Shown here: piece by piece, positions 50,801 to 61,509 of the stretch | Layout of the letters: every line of letters starts with the position of its first letter | Position numbering within the stretch: the first letter of the stretch is position 1 | NCBI GenBank assembly: GCA_963726195.1 | Contig: CAVSBO010000013.1 | Coordinates: 32,001-96,000, forward strand | Length of the DNA stretch: 64,000 bases | Direction of reading: 5' to 3' | Source of the DNA: Candidatus Thorarchaeota archaeon | GTDB taxonomy: Archaea > Asgardarchaeota > Thorarchaeia > Thorarchaeales > Thorarchaeaceae | Program-made: the position numbers and the translations under genes | Notes under the pieces: generated by a model | Database searches by the model: none | Told to the model about the DNA's origin: nothing | What the model saw: the letters and a program-made list of their open reading frames with translations, nothing else

Positions 50801-52564
50801 ATGACTCTGGACGTGAAAAATCTCGGTGAACTCTATGGCAAGGTTGCCATAGGAAATCAGGCCATGCTTGGAATAATGGGAAACAACCGCGACGTCAGCG
50901 TCGGTGAAATCTTCATGGTATACTCCCAGAGGGACGGACATGAGCGAGTGTTCTTCTTCCGTGTCTCGGCTCTCCAGAATTATCTACGACATGTGGACGA
51001 CATGGCACGCGTAGCTGGTACATTGATGATTGAGGGTGACGCATACCTATCGGGCATCAAAAGAGACATGCTGCTTGAAGTTGAAGGAAAGATGCTTGGA
51101 TACGCAGAAGAGAAGGACGGAAAATACATCTTCAAATCGCCACGCCGCCTTCCTGACCATCTTGCTGATGTTTACCGACCTGTCCCCGGTGTTTCTGACA
51201 AGACCGTAAGGGACATGCTGTCTAGTCAGACAGGAGGCGAAGTATTCATTGGAGATTTACAAGTCGGCGAGGCAACACTAGACGTCCCAGTGGCGATACC
51301 CGCGAAGTTCCTTCCGATGCACATGGGAATCTATGGGTCTACCGGTTCTGGAAAAAGCAACCTCATGATGGTGATGATTAAGTCCATCTTGGACTCGAAT
51401 CTTGAAGGAATTCGCAATCCAAATGAAGCTCGTACGCGTATCTCGGCTTTCTGCATAGACCCCCACGACGAGTTTGCTAAGGGTGTCACAAAGTATGGAA
51501 TCCAGAACATAGTAGAGGCGATGGATCAAGAAACGAGGTCGGCAGTCATAGGTGACTTCTACTACCTCACAACGCATCTGAAAGCAACACCGCGGGAAAT
51601 TCAGCGCTATGCTAGGGAGATTCGTATCCTCTGGGAAGAGATCCTACCGCATGACCTCTACACAATCATGGACTTCACTCCACAAATGGTGGCCTTCATC
51701 GAAGGTCAGCACGCAATGAACGGAGAAAACTGGATATCGGCCATCCTCGACATGGTAGACGATCCTGACAACACGCCCAAAGGAACTCTGAATGCTGTCC
51801 AGCGCCGTCTCCGTTTCATAGAGCGTTCGCCAATCTTTGTTCGAAGTGGTTCGTCTATCTTGGATGATGTCTTCGTGGCCATGGAAAGCGGCCGCGTACT
51901 GGTGGTCAATACCAGCTTGATGAACGACACGGAGCAGTTTCTCCTAACGACTGTAGTTGCTCGTTCGGTTTCCGATCTCAGAAGAGCTGCGAAAAGCAGC
52001 GGAACGCTGGGCGACTTTGAGACTCAGGGCCAGCTTAGACTCCCCGGTCCTTTTTTCAACCGTATCAAAGTCAAGGCGAGATCCTTCTACACAAAAGGTG
52101 GACAAGGGGACGATTCTGGAGTGCGCGATCCGCGCGACATGCCTGTGATTCTCGTGACCGTTGAAGAAGCTCCTTCAATTCTCAACCCCGAACTCATGCA
52201 AGGGCAATCAGTATTCAAAGACATCTCTCGTCAAGGGAGGAAGTTCAACATAGGCCTCGTTGTAGTAAGTCAACAGGTAAGTGTTCTCGACAATGTCATA
52301 TTGAGTCAAATGAACACTCAGGTCAATCTCAGACTTGGTAACGAGCATGAGATTCAAGCATGTGTTGACAACGCGAGCATCAACATTTCGGGTATGGAGA
52401 ATGAGTTCCGTGTCATGGCCAGAGGAGAGGCAATACTCACAGCATCTTATCGTGAGCTTCCTTTGCCGGTCCGAGTGCCTCTCTTCGATACTGTGTTCGA
52501 ACGCGACAAGGGCAGGTACAAATCATCGAGGACCGCACGTTCGAGCGAGAAACACACACTCTGA
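50801..52564 (+). CDS. herA: HerA helicase/ATPase
   Basis: HAS barrel N-terminus, HMGIYGSTGSGKSN, IDPHDEF, VEEA, ISRQGRKFNIGLVVVSQ and LSQMNT motifs. Confidence 0.92.
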   Translation: MTLDVKNLGELYGKVAIGNQAMLGIMGNNRDVSVGEIFMVYSQRDGHERVFFFRVSALQNYLRHVDDMARVAGTLMIEGDAYLSGIKRDMLLEVEGKMLGYAEEKDGKYIFKSPRRLPDHLADVYRPVPGVSDKTVRDMLSSQTGGEVFIGDLQVGEATLDVPVAIPAKFLPMHMGIYGSTGSGKSNLMMVMIKSILDSNLEGIRNPNEARTRISAFCIDPHDEFAKGVTKYGIQNIVEAMDQETRSAVIGDFYYLTTHLKATPREIQRYAREIRILWEEILPHDLYTIMDFTPQMVAFIEGQHAMNGENWISAILDMVDDPDNTPKGTLNAVQRRLRFIERSPIFVRSGSSILDDVFVAMESGRVLVVNTSLMNDTEQFLLTTVVARSVSDLRRAAKSSGTLGDFETQGQLRLPGPFFNRIKVKARSFYTKGGQGDDSGVRDPRDMPVILVTVEEAPSILNPELMQGQSVFKDISRQGRKFNIGLVVVSQQVSVLDNVILSQMNTQVNLRLGNEHEIQACVDNASINISGMENEFRVMARGEAILTASYRELPLPVRVPLFDTVFERDKGRYKSSRTARSSEKHTL

Positions 52565-52575
52565 GGCACTCCTTC

Positions 52576-53886
52576 ATGACGGCACGCATTGCCCACATAT
52601 CGGACACCCATCTCGGCACGAGACCAAGAGAAGGTGTCAGGTCAGATATCTGGGCCGTGGAGATGCGGACGCGGGTCATCGAGAATGATTTCTATGAACG
52701 CTTCGCAGAGGTCTTTGACAGGATTGCTTCGCTCAATCCCCCAGTCGACTTAGTCATTCACTCTGGTGACCTCTATGACTCGCCGTCAGAAGAAAACCCC
52801 TCGCAGCCGCCGGTGGTGGCTCAGGAAACCGCACTATTAGTTCTAAAGAGCTTCACAGAAAAGACCGGAATCCCTGTTCTGATAATAGAGGGCAACCATG
52901 GACTCTACAGGTCGATGGATGTGTCGTTGCTTGATTCTCTCAGAATGTCGATCTCAGGTCTCAATGTTGCCACACACGTCGACCTCAAGCGAGCGTTCAA
53001 CAAGAAAGAGCCTCTGAAGTACTCTTACGACAAACTGGACGTTTTCTGTTTTCCATACATGAGCGCGAGTCTGCTGGAATCCTCTGGTTTGGTGGCCGAA
53101 TTCAATGATTGGATAATGACAAACCAAGCCCCTAGTAGTCGGAGACCGTCGGTTGCGGTGGTTCATGGAATGGACAGTGATCGGACGCTCCCTCCTTCTA
53201 TCCTTAGCATGGGGTACAGCTATGTCGCTCTCGGTCACGACCACAAGCAGCACAAGCATTCTGAAAATGCCTGGTACGCCGGATCGACCGAAAGATGGAG
53301 GTTTGACGAGGCAGGACATAAGAAGGGTTTCCTCGTAGTCGACGTGGCAGCAGGCGAACTTCCATCGGTGACCCCTGAGTACATTCAGTTCATTCGTCCA
53401 GTATTCAACCGCAGGATGACCACTGAAGACATCGGGAGCACTGATTCTCTGATTGAGAAAATCGATGCCTGGTTCTCCGAAAAAGGTATGAAAGCTGCCT
53501 GGGATTCAACAACTGCAGCAAGGGTTCGATTGGACTTTCGCGGCTCTTCTCGCGTTGGCAATCTTGACATCATGAATGCAATGGAAGCATACAGGACGAA
53601 CGTCTTGCAACCGGGGTCCAAGTACAACGTAGTTCAACTTACATGGCATACAGGCCTAATGAAATCCGAACAGGGTCTTGTCTCTTATCCTGAAATAGAG
53701 TCCGAGTACTTGATTGAAAACCCGGAGGAGGACTTTCGCACATACTTGGATACAGTGAAGGGGATTGACACGCAGTTCGACCCCGCTCTCCTGACGAAGG
53801 TTGCTGTGCGCGCCTTGAAGATGTCTGTAAAGAAGAGCGATGAGAAACTGACACTTGAGACTCTGTCGGAGGACGAGGGAAAATGA
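52576..53886 (+). CDS. mre11: Mre11/SbcD nuclease
   Basis: HISDTHLG, HSGDLYD, IEGNH, VHG, LGHDH and YAGSTERW.FDE...KGF motifs. Confidence 0.92.
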   Translation: MTARIAHISDTHLGTRPREGVRSDIWAVEMRTRVIENDFYERFAEVFDRIASLNPPVDLVIHSGDLYDSPSEENPSQPPVVAQETALLVLKSFTEKTGIPVLIIEGNHGLYRSMDVSLLDSLRMSISGLNVATHVDLKRAFNKKEPLKYSYDKLDVFCFPYMSASLLESSGLVAEFNDWIMTNQAPSSRRPSVAVVHGMDSDRTLPPSILSMGYSYVALGHDHKQHKHSENAWYAGSTERWRFDEAGHKKGFLVVDVAAGELPSVTPEYIQFIRPVFNRRMTTEDIGSTDSLIEKIDAWFSEKGMKAAWDSTTAARVRLDFRGSSRVGNLDIMNAMEAYRTNVLQPGSKYNVVQLTWHTGLMKSEQGLVSYPEIESEYLIENPEEDFRTYLDTVKGIDTQFDPALLTKVAVRALKMSVKKSDEKLTLETLSEDEGK

Positions 53887-55980
53887 AGATACTGAGCATC
53901 AAACTCAGGAGCTTCAAGCCGTTTCGTAGTCTCGTTCTCCCTGACGATGCAAGTGATCTTCCGGAAGGATTGATTCTGGTTCGAGGACAGAATTCTACAG
54001 GCAAGTCTTCGCTGTTTGAAGCGATACTCTGGGGTCTATGGGGAGCAGACGCAGTCAAACTCAACAATGATGAGCTCGTAAGCTTCGGGTCGGCATCGTG
54101 CGAAGTCGTTCTCGTTTTCGAGGTCGGTAGCAATCAGTACAAGATTGTCCGGTCATACGGTCTAGATAAGCGGCTATCTGTCACGCTGTTCGAGAAAGTC
54201 AACAGCACTTGGAAACCCATAGCGGACAAGAGCAGTTCCGTGTCTACGAAGATGGAGGAAATCCTCAACCTACAGCTGAACCAAGCTCTGAACACCCTGC
54301 TGGTTCGACAAGGGGAAGTCGCCACGATTGCCAGTGCCACTCCCTCTGAGCCTGAGGGAGCTTCTCGTCAAGGTGTACAACATCGAGCTTCTGGACAAGA
54401 TGGAGACCCATCTGGAGAACCTTGAGTCGGATGTTACATCGAAGGTCGAGGCCTTAAGCCAAGACTATGAGCCGCCTGAAAGAATCGAGGAGAGAATCAA
54501 TGATTGGCAATCGCGAATCAGCGAACGAGAAGAAAGACTTGAGGCCAAGAACAGCGAACACGCCGCTTTGTTCTCGCAGGTAGAGTCTTTTCCTGATTCA
54601 ACTACTCTGTCAGAGGTCCTTGAGCTCAATTCCGAGGTGGCTGAAAAAGAACGCGAGCATGAGTATGCCATAAGCAGCAGAGATAGGGAGCTTGCTGATG
54701 CAGGACTGGTTGACTCGACAGACGTGGTAATCCGGGCCCGACAAGAGGAGCTTGCAAAGGAATTTGATCGTTTGACTGAACAGCGCAGCAAGATTGAGTC
54801 AGAGATCACAGATGCAGATCGAGAGATTGGTGGACTGACCCGGGTCGACAAAGACCTCCTCAAGCAGGTGGACACGCTTCAGGGTACTGTGGAGTCCAGT
54901 GGGCAAGCAATGAAATGTCCTACATGTGGAAAGCCTCTGTCAGTGAAAGAGCGCGATCAGTTAGTGTTGCAGTACAGAGCGACATTGAACAAAGATGCAT
55001 CTCGACGCGATGACTTATCGAAGATGAGGACAAAGCTGGCCGCGACGATGAGAGCCACCGACGAGAGACTCAATTCCATACCCCGCGCTAGAGAGGCAAT
55101 GAAACGTCTTTCAGACCGGCAGGCAGCTGTAGATGAGGCGAAGAGGGCGCTGGAGGAGTCTCAGGGACGGCTGGAAACGTTTCTCAAGGAGCATGATATG
55201 CCTCCTCTGGACGATCTTCTCAGCCAGTTCGATGTGAACGACTTGCCTGAGCTGCAACGCATCGCGGATGCACGAAGGGCTCAGCTCGAATCTCTGAGTC
55301 AAGTGATCGATTCAGAGAAGGCGAATATCGATACCATGCTCAGAGACAAGCAAGACCTCGAAACGAGGGCTGCTCGTATGAAAGAGATTGGTGCCGAGAT
55401 TACAGACTTGAAGAAGCTAGTAGAGCACACGAAGTACGTGAGAAGGAATCTTGTAAAGGGATTCATTTCTGACTACGTTGTTCAGAAGCGACTGATTGGG
55501 ATAATCAGGGCGGCCACCAATCAATACGTTCAGTCATTCACCAATGGTCAGTATACTCGTATTGACTTGGTACCAACCCCAGCAATGGCGAAGTCCGGCG
55601 CGGGTCTCATGCTGAAGGTTCATGACGATCGCGACAATCAGGAGAAGAAGGCTAGCCAGCTCAGCTACGGAGACCGGACCGCTGTAAGTCTTGCGCTGAG
55701 ACTCGGAATCAGTCGAACCATGAGTAGAATCCGACCGTTGAAGGACAGTCCCGCATTCTCTCCTCGTGTTCAATGCGTTCTTCTAGATGAACCTCTTGGA
55801 GGTCTTGATAGAGAGCGAAGGGCCTCGGTTGTCAAGAATCTCACGAGCGAACAAGGCTTCAAGCAGATATTCCTGATTACACACACCGACGTTCAGGGCT
55901 TGGAGGGCGTGTCGGTTATCGATGTTGCAAAGAGCGGACTTGGGAGCACGGCAACACTCCATACCGCATCGGAGTCGTAG
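53883..55980 (+). CDS. rad50: Rad50/SbcC ATPase (frameshift ~54351; ~698 aa)
   Basis: GQNSTGKSS, Q-loop VRQGE, coiled coil with CPTC hook, LSYGD, LLDEP.GGLD and LITH. Removing one C gives PSELRELL. Confidence 0.92.
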
Positions 55981-56031
55981 GAAAGCATTCGGAGAACAAG
56001 TATATGAGAGAGCTCAGATGACCGCGTATCT

Positions 56032-57801
56032 ATGCGCTTGGCGGAACTCGCACCGCGTCTTCTGAAAGCCCTTCTTGTTCAAGTCATTGTATTCGGTGTT
56101 CTTTACGCCTCTGCAGTAGCCTGGGCACTGGTCTTCGGTGTTGCTGCGCAAGCATATGTTCCTCAGGCAATCGTTCTCTACGTGGGCTTTGCTGTTTTGA
56201 CTCTCTTCTTCAGGCGTTCTGTGGCCGAGTATTTGCCGCTACTACTGGTGCTCCATTTCGGCATGCTAGTATGGGCCACCGTCTTCAATGCTGCAGTGGT
56301 CGACTATCTTTCCGGCGGGGCATGGAACAGCAGAGGCGTGTGGCTGGGCGACCAATCGATTGACTTCTTCGGCCTCACAGCTCAGCTTCGGTTCGAAGGA
56401 TACACCGATTACAGCTTCTTCTATGTCCATTGGGGTCACAATATGCTGAATGGGGTAATGCCCTACTGTGATGCATTCGGTTACCTAGGTCTGCATGGAA
56501 TCGTGAACAGAAATGGACTGTACATATTTCCCCCGCTGTATGCGTATCTCTATGCGGCTGGCATAGCGATTCCTGTCGATGATTGGGGAATTGGATTGTT
56601 GATTGCTTGTTTTGGGTACTTGACTGCGCTGCCTGTCTATGGTCTTGGGCGCGAGTTATCGAACAACAGACATATCGGAGAAGTCGCGGCTCTGACCTAC
56701 CTACTGAGCCCCTCTGTCCTTTATCACATTGATTATGTCTGGTTGAACCCGTCACCGTTCTATTTCTTCTTCTTTGCAGGGTTCTACATGTTGGTACGAG
56801 GCAAACGGCATACCGGCACGATTCTAATTGTGACTGCCGCCTTGTTCAAGCAGACGGCTTGGTTCTTCGGAATTCCGCTAGTTGTGTACCTGCTTGTAAG
56901 ACCTCGAGGTACCATGCAAGTCAATTCTCCTGACCAGAGGCGTCTTCTAGACTCTCTTCGCAGGATACCAAGGAGAATCCTCGAGGCACTCGATTTGCAC
57001 GGCTTCTTGTTCAGCGTTGTGATAGTTGTCGTGTTCGTCGCAGCCGTGATGTTTCCTTTTCTCTTGGCTCAGCCGTATACTCTGCTATACATTGGTCTCG
57101 CCTCTGGAGGGTTCAAACTGGAATCTTACACTAGTCTACCGATGTACGGGAGTCCCATGCGGCTGCAGGTCTTGCCCTTGGTAGCCTATCTTTCCCTGCC
57201 CGCAGCCAACCAGTCTGAGCCACTAGGCATTTTTCTCTTGTGGCTGACCCAGACTCTTGACAACCTTGTCTTCAATGATTTTCTTCTGATTCTTGGAGTA
57301 GTGACTTTCGGTGGCCTGATGTTGCTCGAACCTAGGCGTATCGGACGCGAAAAGCAGTACCTCAGGCGTCTGCTCTACCTAACAATGCTGATGATGCTCT
57401 GGGTAAATCTCGCTGGTCCCCGAGGAGTGTACAAGTACTACTTCACTATATTCGCGCCATTCTTCTCGCTCTTCTCTTCTACCCGGATTGTTGAGAGTAA
57501 GGAAGAGCATGTACCATTCTCGTGGTCAATGCTCTGGCTACCAGCCTCGATGAGTGCCATGATCCTCATTCCAAGCCGCGATGTGTACCTGTTCGCGGTT
57601 ATTCTGATCTTCGTAGGATATCTGCTTGTTCATCACATCGGAACGTTTTGGTACATGTTCACAGCCCCTGTCCGGTACGTTTCGAACAGAGTTGGCCGAA
57701 AGATGCATCCGATAGTCTCTAGAGCATCCTCTTTGCTCAGCAGACTTAGAAACCGCGGTGCAGAATCGGAACTCAGCGGAGGAATCTCCCATGATGTCTG
57801 A
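56032..57801 (+). CDS. GT-C superfamily polytopic membrane glycosyltransferase (GT87/PIG-M-like) 1
   Basis: Many TM segments; EGYTDY..FY, GVMPY, YIFPPLY, ALFKQ and PRGVYKYY motifs. Confidence 0.75.
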   Translation: MRLAELAPRLLKALLVQVIVFGVLYASAVAWALVFGVAAQAYVPQAIVLYVGFAVLTLFFRRSVAEYLPLLLVLHFGMLVWATVFNAAVVDYLSGGAWNSRGVWLGDQSIDFFGLTAQLRFEGYTDYSFFYVHWGHNMLNGVMPYCDAFGYLGLHGIVNRNGLYIFPPLYAYLYAAGIAIPVDDWGIGLLIACFGYLTALPVYGLGRELSNNRHIGEVAALTYLLSPSVLYHIDYVWLNPSPFYFFFFAGFYMLVRGKRHTGTILIVTAALFKQTAWFFGIPLVVYLLVRPRGTMQVNSPDQRRLLDSLRRIPRRILEALDLHGFLFSVVIVVVFVAAVMFPFLLAQPYTLLYIGLASGGFKLESYTSLPMYGSPMRLQVLPLVAYLSLPAANQSEPLGIFLLWLTQTLDNLVFNDFLLILGVVTFGGLMLLEPRRIGREKQYLRRLLYLTMLMMLWVNLAGPRGVYKYYFTIFAPFFSLFSSTRIVESKEEHVPFSWSMLWLPASMSAMILIPSRDVYLFAVILIFVGYLLVHHIGTFWYMFTAPVRYVSNRVGRKMHPIVSRASSLLSRLRNRGAESELSGGISHDV

Positions 57802-59311
57802 ACGTGTCAGCCAGGTTCCACGTAAGCTTGCCTCACTCTTACTTAGTTACAAGATTTTTCTCGTAATACTAATCTCAGCATTCCTTGTTTGGGCTTGGCT
57901 ATTCAATCTGGCCACTATGGATTTCCTAGCAAATGGGCTCAGGCCTTTTCGATCGGCGTGGAATGGATACGGGCAGCTCAACATAGGGGGATTGACAATC
58001 CCCTTGAACTTCGAAGGTTGGGCTGATTACGACTACTACTACGTCAGTTGGGCCAACCAGTTTCTCACAGGGATTCAGCCCTATACAGTCGCATTTGAGT
58101 ATCAAAACATCGGGGGAACAGTATACGACATTCCGTACTTCTTTCCCCCGCTCTTTGTGTACCTATGCGTGCTTGGCAGGATGTTACCTATTCAACCGTT
58201 TGGCATCGGGTTTGTCATCGCCGCGTTTGGCTATCTGACAGCTTTGCCAGTCTATGGGATTGGAAAGAATCTTGCCGACAACGCGCACGTAGGCGAAATT
58301 GCGGCAGCAACGTATCTGTTCAACCCAATAATCCTGTATCACACTGTAATGGATTGGTTGAACCCTGCCCCGTTCGTTTTCTTTGTCGTGCTTTCCTTCT
58401 ATCTCATAATTACTGGTCACAGGATTTCAGGTGTTCTCGCAATGGTGACAGCAGCGCTGTTCAAACAGACGGCGTTCGTGCTGGCCCTTCCTCTCATCTG
58501 CTTTTTCCTAAGGAGACCTCCTCAGGAGGGTACAGCCGCTGAAGTCCAGAGCAATGAGGATGAAAAGAAGTCTCTTCTTAGCGATAAGCTCGATTTGCGA
58601 AGCCTCGCAAGAATCATTGCCATTGTTCTCATCTATGCGACGGCCCTTTCCATTCCCTACCTGCTGAATCCTCTGAACTACGTATACTACATCTTTCAGC
58701 GCCCCGGAGCTTTCCTACTAACTGACCTAACCACGCCACCCGGCGACGGACTGCCGATGACTCTGGCAGTTGTTCTCATCGTGATGCATGCTCCACAGTG
58801 GTTAATCCAAGGAGTAAATCTCATGACGTACTACTCTGTCGGTCTCATTCTGGGGCTACTGCCCATTTTCGTGCAGATGCTAATTGAGGTGAAGGACGAC
58901 CGCAATCTCAAAGGATATTGGCGCAGGATGCTATTCCTCACATTGCTCCTTATGTTGTGGGTCCACTTATTCTCGCCGAGAGGAATCTACAAGTACTACT
59001 TGGTCGCATTGGTGCCCTTCTTCTCAATCCTTTCCTCGACGAGTATGTGCACGAGAGAGTCTGGTCGAATTCACATCTCACTTCCGATGCTGGTGAACCC
59101 GTTCTTGCTGAGTGTCCTGATTATTGTACCAGACAGAACCGTGTACATGCTTTTCCTAGTTTTCATTTTCCTAGGATACCTTTTCTATCGGCAGTTGGGC
59201 TTCGCTTATGGGCATGTTGCAGGAACCTTCAGACGCGGCGTTGGTTCCTTAATGCATGTGCGCGGGCATTCGGAGCCTCCAATTCTCCCGCGAACTCAAG
59301 GAGGCAGTTGA
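57791..59311 (+). CDS. GT-C superfamily polytopic membrane glycosyltransferase 2 (tandem paralog)
   Basis: EGWADYDYYY, GIQPY, YFFPPLF, ALFKQ and PRGIYKYY motifs; overlaps the upstream paralog. Confidence 0.75.
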   Translation: MMSERVSQVPRKLASLLLSYKIFLVILISAFLVWAWLFNLATMDFLANGLRPFRSAWNGYGQLNIGGLTIPLNFEGWADYDYYYVSWANQFLTGIQPYTVAFEYQNIGGTVYDIPYFFPPLFVYLCVLGRMLPIQPFGIGFVIAAFGYLTALPVYGIGKNLADNAHVGEIAAATYLFNPIILYHTVMDWLNPAPFVFFVVLSFYLIITGHRISGVLAMVTAALFKQTAFVLALPLICFFLRRPPQEGTAAEVQSNEDEKKSLLSDKLDLRSLARIIAIVLIYATALSIPYLLNPLNYVYYIFQRPGAFLLTDLTTPPGDGLPMTLAVVLIVMHAPQWLIQGVNLMTYYSVGLILGLLPIFVQMLIEVKDDRNLKGYWRRMLFLTLLLMLWVHLFSPRGIYKYYLVALVPFFSILSSTSMCTRESGRIHISLPMLVNPFLLSVLIIVPDRTVYMLFLVFIFLGYLFYRQLGFAYGHVAGTFRRGVGSLMHVRGHSEPPILPRTQGGS

Positions 59312-60502
59312 CTAGGAAAGGGCCTTGTCTAGTTCCTCTTTCTTCTCAGCAAGTCTTCTATCTAGGCTAGCGAGGCGTTCATCTAGTTTCCCAACCTGCT
59401 CGTCATAGCTCTCTTTCGACATAGTACCTGAGGCAAGTTTCTGTTCTATGTAATCCCTCAGCTGCTTTACGGAGTTAGTCTCCTTCTGAATGGAATCAAT
59501 GTCTGCTGTGATCTCGTCGATTCTGTTCTCTTCTTCGGACTGGAACTGCTTAGTTGGCACCATGAGACCGAGCTGTTGTTGTGTCTTCCCGGCGAAATCC
59601 TGGAACTGGCCCCTCAAACCCTCAATGCTCTTTTCAATTCTAGCCGTGTTCTCAGCCAGTCTTGCTATATCCTTTTGCAGGTCGATCACTGCGTTTGCAA
59701 GCCGTCGGAGCGTCGTGTTAGTCTCGGTTTCAAAAGCGGCCTGTGCGCCTTCCGCAACTACCGGGCTTTCTTCTTCTGCCTTGGCTTGTGCAGCCACGAC
59801 ATCGCTGGGCTTTGTCAAACGATCTTGTCTGCTAAGCCAATTGAAACAGTTGAGCGCAAAAGCAGTGTTTCCCTCGTTCTTCAGGCCCCCTCCCCTCCGA
59901 AACACCTCGTAGCTTCCGATGCCGATGACTCTGCCTCTTTCGTAATCTGCAACGGCTATGACCGGTTGGTTTGTCGGCTCTGCAGCTCCAGACGTCGTTG
60001 CTACAGCTTCTGCTTTTCCCGAGAGTCTTAGGGTGCATGAAGAAGGCAGCAGGATGTTGCCAACGTTTTCAGTCAAGGGATGTGATACAAGTCCTGTTAT
60101 GACAAGCAGCGTTGGAAGACCCGCGTTGTCTCTTTCATCCTTCACTGCCGTATTTTCGAATTCGATTCCGAAGTTCTTTGACAACAAGCTCATGTTATTC
60201 ATGAGCCCCTTGTCGCCGCCGGAAAGCGAGAGTAGCATCAATCCACCCCCATCCTGAACGAACTTCTTGAGCGCGTCAATCTCAGCGGGTCTGAGCTTGG
60301 ACCCGTTAGGGCAGGCAAATACAAGAGCGTCGATCCCTTCCAGCTTCTTCGCCATTATCATGTACTCAGTATATGGCTCAACGTCATAGTCGTTATCTTT
60401 GAGAAGCTGACCAAGCTGTGAATAAGTTGTATCTAAGCGCCCTCTCTCATTTTGAGTCTGGTCAAATGCGATTCGCTTTCTTCTGTTGCTCAAGTTGTAC
60501 AC
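59312..60502 (-). CDS. Cytoplasmic GIFT (IFT52-N/DUF4350-like) domain plus coiled-coil protein
   Basis: IAFDQTQNE, P..SKL..AEIDALKKFVQDGGGLMLL..SGGD....NN...L.K.FGI.F.N.AV and GRVIGIGS..VF...N..F..N.FNWL; long heptad C-terminus; no signal peptide. Confidence 0.8.
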   Translation of the reverse strand: MYNLSNRRKRIAFDQTQNERGRLDTTYSQLGQLLKDNDYDVEPYTEYMIMAKKLEGIDALVFACPNGSKLRPAEIDALKKFVQDGGGLMLLSLSGGDKGLMNNMSLLSKNFGIEFENTAVKDERDNAGLPTLLVITGLVSHPLTENVGNILLPSSCTLRLSGKAEAVATTSGAAEPTNQPVIAVADYERGRVIGIGSYEVFRRGGGLKNEGNTAFALNCFNWLSRQDRLTKPSDVVAAQAKAEEESPVVAEGAQAAFETETNTTLRRLANAVIDLQKDIARLAENTARIEKSIEGLRGQFQDFAGKTQQQLGLMVPTKQFQSEEENRIDEITADIDSIQKETNSVKQLRDYIEQKLASGTMSKESYDEQVGKLDERLASLDRRLAEKKEELDKALS

Positions 60503-60613
60503 CTCGCACTGCTGTCCGTATCGATTACGATGGCCAATGACTAATGAGACTTGTGCTGGTGGGCTGACACTAGTGCGAACAGTTTATCATTCGGTTTGGG
60601 CAAATTCGCTCCC

Positions 60614-61045
60614 ATGAGTAGTCCAAAGGACTGTCTGTTCTGCAAGATTGTCAAAGGGGAAGTCCCCGCATCTATCGTCTTTCAGGATGAGGTTTGTCTT
60701 GCCTTCATGGACATATATCCAGTCAGTCGAGGGCACTGTCTGTTGATTCCCAAGAAGCATTTCACGAACTTGCTAGATGTCGATTTGGACGTGCTCTCAC
60801 ATCTTGCTCGACGGCTGGCTGAGTTGACTCGCAAGGTTCAGTCAGGTTTGAAGCCAGAGGGCATATTGAACGCGGCTGCCAATGGCCCGGGTGCAGGTCA
60901 GGATATTCCGCACCTCCATTTTCACATAATACCACGCAACAAGGGTGACGAATTCGGATTCCATTTCCCTGAAGGTTACAGGGAGAAGATGGCTGACAGG
61001 GCACAACTCGACAAGCTGGCAAAGACTATCCGCGATGCCAAATGA
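60614..61045 (+). CDS. HIT family nucleotide hydrolase
   Basis: DCLFCKIVKGE.P, AFMDIYP..RGHCL.IPK.H and AGQ.IPHLHFHIIPR motifs. Confidence 0.96.
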   Translation: MSSPKDCLFCKIVKGEVPASIVFQDEVCLAFMDIYPVSRGHCLLIPKKHFTNLLDVDLDVLSHLARRLAELTRKVQSGLKPEGILNAAANGPGAGQDIPHLHFHIIPRNKGDEFGFHFPEGYREKMADRAQLDKLAKTIRDAK

Positions 61046-61077
61046 GTCATCTGCTACGATATTCGCGAATTCACTCA

Positions 61078-61509
61078 TCAGATATTCATCAGATTCAGTC
61101 CAGTCGCGCTGTCCTTCTCCTTCGTGACATCTTCAGCCGCTTCAATGAGAAAGAGCTCCATTGTAATGGATATCTGACATCCCTTGCGCACATGCCCGCC
61201 ATAGCAGTTCCCGCTATCATCTGCGACACTCATGTGCAAGTGAACCATGGGCTTTCCTTCGTTCATGCACACATTGCCTATGCATGATACGATCTCGAGG
61301 TCCTTGTCGATGCTCATTTCTTTGTAAGTGCGTGTAGCTCTGTCAAAGAATGCTAGTCTGGCCTTAGACAATGCACCAACGGCGCTCAATGATGCAGTTC
61401 TGATTCCGTGGCTTGCGGCCACCTTCTCGACGGTTTCAAGGACATCCTCGCCGGGTTCGAGGCGTGCAATCAACATCCGTCTTGGCTTAGTAGGCAGCGA
61501 TCGAACCAT
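61078..61509 (-). CDS. DUF296 / PPC-domain protein
   Basis: ARLEPGED, AVGAL, EIVSCIGN, VHLHMSVAD..G..YGGH and TMELF motifs. Confidence 0.92.
   Translation of the reverse strand: MVRSLPTKPRRMLIARLEPGEDVLETVEKVAASHGIRTASLSAVGALSKARLAFFDRATRTYKEMSIDKDLEIVSCIGNVCMNEGKPMVHLHMSVADDSGNCYGGHVRKGCQISITMELFLIEAAEDVTKEKDSATGLNLMNI

Noticed and set aside
4643-55980. Genome-wide TAG recoding (pyrrolysine)
   Set aside because: Many genes (rli1, tpiA, permeases, rad50, mtrH-like) end in TAG at their expected C-termini.
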